Shown one piece after another: positions 10,482 to 19,136 of a stretch of DNA of 64,000 nt; the stretch's first letter is position 1, and each line of letters opens with the position of its first letter. Source of the DNA: Williopsis jadinii (taxonomy: Eukaryota); assembly GCA_024346625.1 (NCBI GenBank), contig AP024666.1:1-64000 (forward strand), read 5' to 3'. The notes below the pieces were generated by a model. That model searched no databases, was not told where the DNA came from, and worked only from the letters and a program-made list of their open reading frames with translations. The position numbers and the translations under genes are program-made.

Positions 10482-11927
10482 ATTATCTGGAATAGTTTTT
10501 TATGGTTAACAATAAAGTATTTACGCTGAATTAGATCAGTAGTTATGAATCAAGACGATGTGTTTTAACAACTCGTAAAGCCAACATTGATTACAACACT
10601 AAGTCAATGCTTTGACTATTCCACGACAGTGAACTTCGATTGTGACAACGGCCCTGACATCTTCATCAGGTAAAGTCTGACACTTGGCTGGGATTTGATT
10701 CTCATTCAGGTCAGCGTAGTAGTGTCCGTACGCACGTTGGAAACTTGCTTGGTTTTACAAGGATTACAACAGTTTGGTATCATAATGCTTGCACTCGATA
10801 GAACCACTTATCAAAAGGCAGCTTTCGGGAATGCTCCAAAACCGTCCCCCATAGCCATTCTTCTCCCGTGGCAATTTTGAACTTTTTTATCGTTGGACAT
10901 TTCAACAAACTTATATATAGAGTCGTGTAATTCCTTATAGGGCTTTGATTCAGAGATCTAAGCACTATCAGAGCATTCACTTGTAACGGTAATTTCCTCA
11001 TTTGGGTTTACTAAATTCTTCAATATGTTTCAATCTTTTTCTTCCTTTATAGTTTGTAGAAAGACGTGGGAATAGCAAGATGTCGAAACTTGGTCAAATC
11101 AGAATACTTCTGGAGATACCCAACAATCCAAACCAAGTTTCCATACACAGATTTGCACAAATGGTACGAGGTCCCACACAGTATTTCTGAAGACCTTTGT
11201 GACACTTGAACTGTACGCAATAGCCAAGAATACACCTTAACGAACCCAACATCTTGTTCCCATGTCAGGTCAATACGGTTGAAGACCATGGAAGCTTCTT
11301 GGAATTTCAATCGGGTGTTTAGTACCCAGTCCAGAGGTTACTATTGTTCTATTTCAAAGTTGTTTAGTAAGAGTAACAGCTTGCACAATCTGCAACGTCA
11401 ACTATTGTTTTAATGCAGTTAGATGAAGAGTTCTAATAAAGTGGGCTTTTAGCAAGCTGCACACCCGTAAATTTAAGGGCAGAAATTCTCGTTTAAAGTT
11501 CTGTCAAATATGCACACTGAGAAATTGCCGCTGCGACGCCGGACCTTTGTTTTGTCCTTCATTGTGTCCCGACACGAAAAAAAAAACCAAAATTGTGCGT
11601 CTAAATGTAGAAATTGTTGCCCAAAAAGGTGCCCTTTTGTAGACTTTTGTAGACTTTTGCGCCAAATGTGAAACTGTTGTCAGGACACGAAAAGGCAGAG
11701 CAAAATGACAACAACACTGATCTGTGGCAGGAAAAGTGTCCGATATGGACAATGCAAGCCTAAAATTTAAAGCCCTTCTCACAGGAAAGTTTTACAAAGC
11801 ATACAACGGACATTTGACAAGCTCCTTATCTCGCTCGTATTATCCACCATCTTGTCCGGAAAGGGACCAGACGTTTTCCATGAGCCAATGTAGACCATCC
11901 ACTCACCACCACGCTTCCCTCAACCAG

Positions 11928-12280
11928 CTGTGTATTTTACCACCTTGATTAGGCACGCATGTAACCACGAAACACATCGCTGAGTTCATCGACATCTACC
12001 CAAAAAACACTCGTAAATTTTCACATCTTGTCATCCAGTTCATTTTGTTTCTCCCTAATCCACCAGTGTTTGGCCTTCAAATACCAATTCACGGGGACAC
12101 GCCTCTCGAGGATGACTGAAGAGTACACGAGCAAGACATGCATTGGTTGCGGGACAATAAAACACACACTGCCTCTGGTCGACCGCACCTTCCGTTGTGC
12201 CTCGTGCAAACCTGTTTGTCGACTGCCACATCAACGGTGCGCGCAATACCCTCTTCAAGTGTCTTGTCGCATCTCAATAG
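11928..12280 (+). pseudogene. Fanzor / TnpB-family RNA-guided endonuclease, C-terminal relic (frameshifted, catalytically dead)
   Basis: Frame 1 from ~12049 reads FSLIHQCLAFKYQFTGTRLSRMTEEYTSKTCIGCGTIKHTLPLVDRTFRCASC. After one extra A (~12208) it continues NLFVDCHINGARNTLFKCLVASQ* (stop 12278-12280). This matches the TnpB/Fanzor pattern F.q.L.yK....G..v..v.E.yTSktC..CG..F.C..C....DRD.NgArNI. Weaker similarity upstream (LCILPP*..., 11928). Confidence 0.85.
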
Positions 12281-12292
12281 ACACACACACAA

Positions 12293-12420
12293 GGAGTGCG
12301 TTCATGGTCCTCTAAAATCACTACCTCTGTTCTGCCTCTAAGGAGCACAGAAAGGTATGATCATGGACGTGCACCAATTGGCACTTAATTTGTGGAGATG
12401 CCAACCCCCACATTGATTAC
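12293..12420 (+). ncRNA. Putative omegaRNA (Fanzor guide-RNA scaffold) remnant
   Basis: Lies directly 3' of the Fanzor stop. 14-bp stem 12296-12309/12359-12372 with 4 G.U pairs encloses an inner stem 12322-12357. A second hairpin lies at 12391-12412. Position and structure match TnpB/Fanzor right-end RNAs; this is a manual fold only. Confidence 0.5.
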
Positions 12421-12538
12421 AGAATAGCCGATAACCGTCCTTCTACGGAGGGAAGAACAATAGAAAATAATTCTAATCCGTCCGTATCTAGTACCTAAAG
12501 TTATTAAGGCCAGGGGATGTTCATGTCCAATCATTGCA

Positions 12539-13816
12539 TCATTCTTCTTCCTCAACAGTCTTCCGAACTCTTACTTTTAGTAATGCTAACAAAAATGTAC
12601 TAACAGCAAGCAGACATCCGTTGTAAATAATGCAATTTTGATAGTCAGTGGGTAACCCACCAGTGGATATCAGCAAACCCGCTATGGGTGAGCCCAAGAA
12701 GTTACCAATACCTCTAAAGAAGTACATCAAACCACTCATGCTCTTGTAATTTTTGATTCCAAATATTTCACTCAAGCATGTAGGTAGAAGAGATATAATC
12801 GCTCCGGAGAATACGCCATAAAGGACAACAAACGCTATAAATGTGCCTCGTAGACTAATCAGCCAGAAGACAAACACACATAGAGTACTCATGAGATTGC
12901 AAATTATGATCATGTTCAACCTGCCAATGTATCTATCTGCTAAGAATCCCAATATCACTTTGAATGCAGCGTTGATCCCGTTGTTTACTGCAATAAATAC
13001 AGTTCCCTGTGTTGCACTAAAACCTAGTGTTTCTCCATAGGTTGACATATAATTCAGACTTATCAAGTAACCTGCACTCTGGAAGAACCCTGCAAACAAC
13101 TGAGTATACAAACTTATAGGATCAACGCTCATCAATCTAACGTCGAACACTTTTTTGAGGGACGATGTTGGATTTGCCGATTGTAACGAAGAATGTTGAT
13201 TCACCAGTACGCTGGATCCTCCTGTCATGACGATACTGATAAAGGCTAGGATGCGCAAACTCCATCGCCATCCTAGATGGGAAATGAGCGTTCTTGTGAT
13301 GGGACCCAACACCAATGCACCAGCACCGGTGCCTGAAAACAAAATCCCCAAGGCCACTCCACGGTGACGGGTAAAGAAAGGTGGGGCACAAACAACTGGT
13401 GGGATGTATGTGAAGGAAGCTCCAATACCAAACAGTAAACCTTGACTCAAGATAAATTGATAGGCATTATCGGCTTGACAAAAACTGGCAGCTAATAAAC
13501 CAAGACTCATCAGCATAGAGCCAATAAACATAACAACTTGAGGTGACTTGAGGTAGTTCATTGCAGTATTGAAGAAAATTGCACAACAATACGTTGTTGC
13601 CGTGGCAGTGGTACCAATCATAGACACCACCGCGTGAGAAGTGTTAACCAACGGCCCTTTGTCAGAGGTGTAAAACTCCTGAAAGACACCAAACGTGAAT
13701 CCAATCCCAAACACAACAAAATTCGCAACAAAACCTGCAATGACTATTGCAATTGCCTGATATTGTGGTGGGACTTGTGGGATAACCGCAGCTAGCATAG
13801 TCGACTGTTGAGACAT
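12539..13816 (-). CDS. Monocarboxylate-permease homolog (MCH family MFS transporter)
   Basis: FGVFQEFY, QGLLFGIGASF, RHRGVALGI and G.LADR..GRLN are MCT/MCH motifs. The first ATG is at 13816; the ORF track start is TTG. Confidence 0.85.
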   Translation of the reverse strand: MSQQSTMLAAVIPQVPPQYQAIAIVIAGFVANFVVFGIGFTFGVFQEFYTSDKGPLVNTSHAVVSMIGTTATATTYCCAIFFNTAMNYLKSPQVVMFIGSMLMSLGLLAASFCQADNAYQFILSQGLLFGIGASFTYIPPVVCAPPFFTRHRGVALGILFSGTGAGALVLGPITRTLISHLGWRWSLRILAFISIVMTGGSSVLVNQHSSLQSANPTSSLKKVFDVRLMSVDPISLYTQLFAGFFQSAGYLISLNYMSTYGETLGFSATQGTVFIAVNNGINAAFKVILGFLADRYIGRLNMIIICNLMSTLCVFVFWLISLRGTFIAFVVLYGVFSGAIISLLPTCLSEIFGIKNYKSMSGLMYFFRGIGNFLGSPIAGLLISTGGLPTDYQNCIIYNGCLLAVSTFLLALLKVRVRKTVEEEE

Positions 13817-14634
13817 GTCTTCAAGCAAAAGAGTCGTCCATCACTGTGAGCATCACTTGGGGGGAGTTTATAAATATTTCAAAGACCCGGAGCTTCTCTG
13901 GTTTAGGAACTCTGCATTGCGGAGTCTCCAAAGCTCGGTCATCAACTTGGAGCCACCGGGGTTGAATGTTCAAGTTTGCTTCAAATGAGTGACACTGCTG
14001 GAACGAGCCCTGCCGATTTGACTAACAACACATCATAACAAAGAGAGTGAAGCGCTGTGTCATAACAAGACAATTGCCTTGCGTCATCGGTGGCGGCAAA
14101 CCACAAAAGTCCCCAGTTCTGCGCGAACCAGAATAATTGATCCGGGTGACATGGACGCTAATCCGGCAGCCTACAGAGGGCACGTTTTTCACAAAACAAC
14201 GCCCAAAGAGCCCACGAGCTGTTACCCAATGGAGGTCGTTCACACGCGTACAGACTCTTAAAGTTTGCATGTGATAATGTGGTCAACGACGTGTTGCTGA
14301 ACACAACAGCTGTATGCCAGCACTGTGGATGGCAGAACGAGTTGCAAGCTTCAACAGTTTATAGCTTGCAAATGATAACGAGTCATCTCTCCTTATGATC
14401 CAGCAACGTGTCTCAGTTCGCAACACTGTGCAAGAAAATTCAAGGTGCACGGGCTTATTTCCACATAAGCAGCGTGGAATTGGTATCCAGTGGAACTTTA
14501 AAGTTCGAACGTGGTTGCATACTTACGTTTTTGGCTCAGACTTCCCGATGAACATTATTATATAAATTCAATCATGGTACCCACATGTGTTTCAGAGGCG
14601 AGCTTCCCATTCACATTCCATAACGCAGTGAACA

Positions 14635-16209
14635 ATGGATTACGAAAAACAAGCTGTCATCAGGGAAAGAGAGGACAGCCTTGATACTGGATCGGATTCT
14701 TTCTTACAAGACAACACCGCTGTCGAGACCAACGATGCCATTCTTGCAAAGAAGATCCATATGATAAACAATGCCATTGATGAGATGGGATTCACATGGT
14801 ATCATGCAAAGCTCTTTTGTATTGCAGGATTTGGATATTCTGTTGACTGCCAAATGGAAATGATCCAGTCTGCTGTTAGAACCTACGTCGGTTATCAAAT
14901 GGGAGTGAATGGGTTCCCAATTGCCAACGAGATTTTCTCCGCTGGTATGATCTGCGGTTGTGTATTCTTTGGCTTCGGTTGTGACATCATTGGACGAAAG
15001 ATCGTTTTCAATTCTTCCATTCTCCTGACTTCGATCTTTGGTTTCTTTGCAGGAGGTATGAGCAGCTATGCCACCTATTGTATCTTTATGTTCTTATCTG
15101 CATTTGCATCTGGTGGTAACACTGCTATTGACGTATCAGTGTTTATGGAATTTGTTCCTTCGAAATACCAATACCTCAATACAATGCTTGCCCTGTTCTG
15201 GGGTGTTGGACAGACCATCTCTGCGTTGATCTCGTGGGCATTCATCCCGAACTTTTCATGCGAGGGTCCTGAAAACTGTCCTTCTCATCTCAACAGAGGT
15301 TGGAGATATTGCTGGTATGTCAACTCTGCAATTTGTTTCTTGGCCGCTCTTATTCGGATTTTCGTCATGAAGTTAGACGAAACTCCCAAATTTCTAGTTG
15401 CCACGGATCGAGATGCCGATGCAATTAGGGTCCTGGAGAAGATCGCTGTGAAGTATAACCGTCCACTTTCTCTGACACTGGAAGATTTGGAATCTTGTGG
15501 CACCATTAATAAGGACTTCTTCGACTCTAGTAAGGATGGTTACAGCATCAGAGCTCTGATGAGCGCTGTGAAAGTCAACCTCAGACTTTTATTCCAATCG
15601 AGAGTCATGATTAGATCCACTCTTTTGGTTTTCTTGTCATGGGGCTTCATCGGTATCTCATACTCAACTTTTTACTACTTCCTCTACGTATTCATTGCTG
15701 CCCGTGGTGGTGATACCGGCTCATCACCATACTACGTTTACAGAAATGCCACTATCGCAAACTTTGTCGGCATTTTTGGACCTATACTTGCAGGGCTTTT
15801 GATCATGACAAGATTTAACGTATTTAACCGTGAATTTTGTTTGAAGAGAAAGGGAACAATGATCTTTGGTGCCCTTGCATCTATGGCAATCTTGTTTGGG
15901 TACACTACTGTTAGAACTCCAAACGCGGATGCTGGGTTTGGTGCTGCCACCTACTTCTTTGTGAACATTTACTATGGAACTCTGTACGCATATACTCCAG
16001 AAGTGTTCCCAACGAAGGCAAGAGGCACCGGTGTTGGCTTCTCCATGCTTATCTGCAGAATATTCGGTGCATTTGCTCCAGTTATCAACTACTTTGGAGG
16101 GAAAACTGGAACCTCGGTTCCTATTTGGGTTTGCGGCGGACTTATTGGTTGTCTTTCAATCCTTACAGCACTGATGCCATTTGAACCTTCGCTTCAAAGA
16201 TCAGTTTGA
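14635..16209 (+). CDS. MFS transporter (SV2-like/sugar-transporter superfamily)
   Basis: 524 aa with IDEMGFTWYH, DIIGRK, EFVP, GWRY, ETPKFL and YAYTPEVFPT..RGTG motifs. Confidence 0.85.
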   Translation: MDYEKQAVIREREDSLDTGSDSFLQDNTAVETNDAILAKKIHMINNAIDEMGFTWYHAKLFCIAGFGYSVDCQMEMIQSAVRTYVGYQMGVNGFPIANEIFSAGMICGCVFFGFGCDIIGRKIVFNSSILLTSIFGFFAGGMSSYATYCIFMFLSAFASGGNTAIDVSVFMEFVPSKYQYLNTMLALFWGVGQTISALISWAFIPNFSCEGPENCPSHLNRGWRYCWYVNSAICFLAALIRIFVMKLDETPKFLVATDRDADAIRVLEKIAVKYNRPLSLTLEDLESCGTINKDFFDSSKDGYSIRALMSAVKVNLRLLFQSRVMIRSTLLVFLSWGFIGISYSTFYYFLYVFIAARGGDTGSSPYYVYRNATIANFVGIFGPILAGLLIMTRFNVFNREFCLKRKGTMIFGALASMAILFGYTTVRTPNADAGFGAATYFFVNIYYGTLYAYTPEVFPTKARGTGVGFSMLICRIFGAFAPVINYFGGKTGTSVPIWVCGGLIGCLSILTALMPFEPSLQRSV

Positions 16210-16260
16210 AGAATAAATAACTTAGGATATGTACTTTTGTGTGTCAATGTGTACTTGTGT

Positions 16261-17085
16261 TTAAACTAATTGAGAGATCTTTTCAATACAGGATTCTCTT
16301 GTACTTGGACTCAAGCCTCCAGATAGGTATTGGAGGAAGAGAACCTTGGAAACAATTGGTTCTTGGACTCGACCCAAAGTTTCAAGTTCACCGGTCTTTG
16401 TATTTTCAAAGTAGAGCTGCAATTGGCCGTCGCCTAGTCTTTCCAAGACAAGGTTACTGTTTTTTGCAACGGATCCTTTGCGGAGAAATGCCTCCTTCAA
16501 CTGCTGCAAACCTTTATCCAAAGTTTCGTCTTGGACTTTAGCAGCCAAAATGGACTTCACCAGCCCATCTCTGAGATGGTTAAAATCGGTGTTTCTAATT
16601 GGTGTAATTCTAGCAACCAATCTGATATTTGAGTCCAACAAGTTTGAGACGAGAACCTTGGATTTCTCCTTATCATTCAGAGCTTTAAAGACATTTTCTC
16701 TGTGGCTCTTTGTAGAATCAGTGTCAATGAATGCACTTGACAAGAAGTTCGAGTCCAAAACCGTTGGTATTTTGTTGAGATCCTGAACAGCGGCGTAAAT
16801 ACCCAGGGCGTACACTTTGAAACTGACAAACGTCACAGATCTAACACCGGTACCGAGAACTGTATAGTCAGTGCTGTATTTGAGATTTATTGGAAACGGA
16901 TCAACAGCATTATCTACCGCAATCGAATTGGTCAATTCCTTGATCTTATCATCCAAGGTGATGGGCTTTGAAATCAACAGCCCACAGGTGGCCAGAGAAG
17001 CTCCCAATAGCACTCTAGTTGTGCCACTGCTTCTAAACGACTGGATGAAACGTTTCGTGAACAAACGAGCACTAAAGAAGGACAT
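16261..17085 (-). CDS. AIM18: Mitochondrial chalcone-isomerase-fold protein (Aim18/Aim46 family)
   Basis: Basic N-terminal presequence; LGTGVRSVTFVSFKVYALGIY and RITPIRNTDFNHLRDGLVKSI motifs. Synteny with the YHR198C-YHR208W block. Confidence 0.8.
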   Translation of the reverse strand: MSFFSARLFTKRFIQSFRSSGTTRVLLGASLATCGLLISKPITLDDKIKELTNSIAVDNAVDPFPINLKYSTDYTVLGTGVRSVTFVSFKVYALGIYAAVQDLNKIPTVLDSNFLSSAFIDTDSTKSHRENVFKALNDKEKSKVLVSNLLDSNIRLVARITPIRNTDFNHLRDGLVKSILAAKVQDETLDKGLQQLKEAFLRKGSVAKNSNLVLERLGDGQLQLYFENTKTGELETLGRVQEPIVSKVLFLQYLSGGLSPSTRESCIEKISQLV

Positions 17086-17543
17086 TTCACTGTTACTGTT
17101 GAAGTGATAGAGTGATTATGTGTAAAGAAAGGAGCGAGATGATGGTTGCCTTTAAATGTCCTCAGGTTACCTTCTCATCGGACCATTGGATGAAAATCTA
17201 TGGATGTCACGGGTTTTGCGGTCTTATCGGAGCGCTCAACAAACCCGTACATCCAAACATCCAAACCGCTCATTGTCATCACCTCAGAAACCAAGTTCCT
17301 TTTGTGGTTAACTACTGCCAGCCAGGCTTCCCTTTCATCACAAAGATCCAATGTAGAGATGAATTTACTCACTTCCTACAGTGTGTTCCAATAGTGAGAT
17401 ATCCCCGTGGTATTATCAAATAGCTATAATGTCAATAATTGCTCAATCGTCGAGATCTTTGAATCATAACTCGTCCAGGTATGTCGGAGGTTGTCGTTTG
17501 CTCCCAATAGCACAGAGTACTAACTGAACCGAGTAGAACGTAC

Positions 17544-18992
17544 ATGGAGTCCATTCCAGCCACTTCAAGATCTGTTCCAAGTCTTGAATGCCCAACGATA
17601 AGCAATGTTCCCTTGACCAAGAGCCATTTCCTCGACGCCTACAGTAAGGCGAAGTGGAACCTCTCTGACGTGCCATGCCCACCGTGTTTTAAAGGAGTTG
17701 AACTAATGTGCCCACCGGACCATTACAACGAGGCATCGAGGTTGAAAGCAGTCAAGAAGTACATGAGCAACGAACAGTGGCGGGACTCGACCAAATTTCA
17801 AAGGATCATATCCATGGCTTTGAAACAGTTCCACGTGAAAGGTACCTCTATATCTCTTGTTGATGCTAAAAGACAGGTCATAAAGTATGAGGCTTCTTTG
17901 CAGGTCAGCGATTGTCCTAGAAGAATCTCAATTGATGCACACACAATATTATCTAATGGTTCATTTGTTCTCCTAGATGCGTCAAAGGATTGGCGTACCA
18001 GCACGAACCCTTTTGTCACAGATTCGCCATATGTTCATTTCTACGCAGGTGTTCCACTTGTTACAAGTTATGGTACTATCATCGGTGCCTTGGCAATATT
18101 TGACTGCTATCCAAGGAACAACTTTGACGAACTGGCTCTATCGATGTTGAAAGATTTGGCATCGCAAGTGATGACTATTCTAAACACCCCCGTATCCCAT
18201 TCTTTGCCAAAAGCTGTAACTTCCACCAGTGTTCCCTTGATTAAGATGATTGGTAGACCAACGAGTCATAAGCATACTTTCTCGAACATCGCTTTATACG
18301 AACGAGACGGCTCTGGTAGTCAATATGGCCAAAACCATAACTTCATGTACAACAAACAAGAGGCGTCATTACTTCAGAATGACTTGTTCCTCACAGATGA
18401 CATATTACACAGGTTAATTGGATACCGTGACATAAGGACCGCTTCTGTCAAGCTATGTGAAATCATAAAGACAGAGTTGAAGTTTGACTTTGTATTTGTT
18501 GTGGAACTTCGAACATCGCAACAATTCCAAATATCACCAAAGTACTTCCCTCAGTGTAACGTTGTTAATGCGGAATCCTTTGATAAAGCCAAGAAGCTAA
18601 TTGGAAAGGAGAAGCAGCAGTTGAAAAGTCGTATCTTGGGATTCGCAGGTGGGAGTGAGTCAGATATGCCGTTAGACTCGGAATTTTTCTATGGTGCTCT
18701 ACGTTCAGAGTTTGGTATCTTTTACGAGGCTGTACCAACACACGCCTCGGTGAAGCTACACTCTGGAATATGCATGCAGTTCTACAGGTTTGGTTCAAAA
18801 CTTGTTAGAAGGGTTAAAGTCCTCAAGGCTGAGAGACCAAGTAGTAAGAACAAACCAATCGACGTCTACTTGAGATCTGGTGGATATTTGATTGCTGCTT
18901 TCAACTATGAGGAGCGTAGAATTGATGATTCACTGATCAACTTTATATATGGAGCTTCATGTTCACTTCGTCGACTCTTCATTGCGAATTAA
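17544..18992 (+). CDS. GAF-domain protein of unknown function
   Basis: E..RL.AV, ISLVD, R.ISIDAHTIL, DASKDWR...NPFV...PY.HFYAGVPL....G..IGALAIFD..PR is a canonical GAF sensor domain. No kinase domain is recognisable. Confidence 0.8.
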   Translation: MESIPATSRSVPSLECPTISNVPLTKSHFLDAYSKAKWNLSDVPCPPCFKGVELMCPPDHYNEASRLKAVKKYMSNEQWRDSTKFQRIISMALKQFHVKGTSISLVDAKRQVIKYEASLQVSDCPRRISIDAHTILSNGSFVLLDASKDWRTSTNPFVTDSPYVHFYAGVPLVTSYGTIIGALAIFDCYPRNNFDELALSMLKDLASQVMTILNTPVSHSLPKAVTSTSVPLIKMIGRPTSHKHTFSNIALYERDGSGSQYGQNHNFMYNKQEASLLQNDLFLTDDILHRLIGYRDIRTASVKLCEIIKTELKFDFVFVVELRTSQQFQISPKYFPQCNVVNAESFDKAKKLIGKEKQQLKSRILGFAGGSESDMPLDSEFFYGALRSEFGIFYEAVPTHASVKLHSGICMQFYRFGSKLVRRVKVLKAERPSSKNKPIDVYLRSGGYLIAAFNYEERRIDDSLINFIYGASCSLRRLFIAN

Positions 18993-19136
18993 CAGGAGTC
19001 TTTTGTTCTCTTTGTTACTGTTTAGTTTGTAGTGTAAGGAAAACAGAGAGCGCGCACGTACAAGAGCCATGGTGAAAAAAACAGTAATGTAAACATCAAC
19101 AAAGATCAAAACAAATGCCCAGAGGGTACGTCATCA

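Larger units (their letters stand above)
11520..12420 (+). mobile_element. Putative internally deleted Fanzor-carrying element (ends not defined)
   Basis: A region of short direct repeats (11571-11693) is followed by the Fanzor relic and a structured 3' region. It sits between unrelated sequence and the 3' end of the MCH-like gene. No TSD or TIR identified. Confidence 0.35.
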
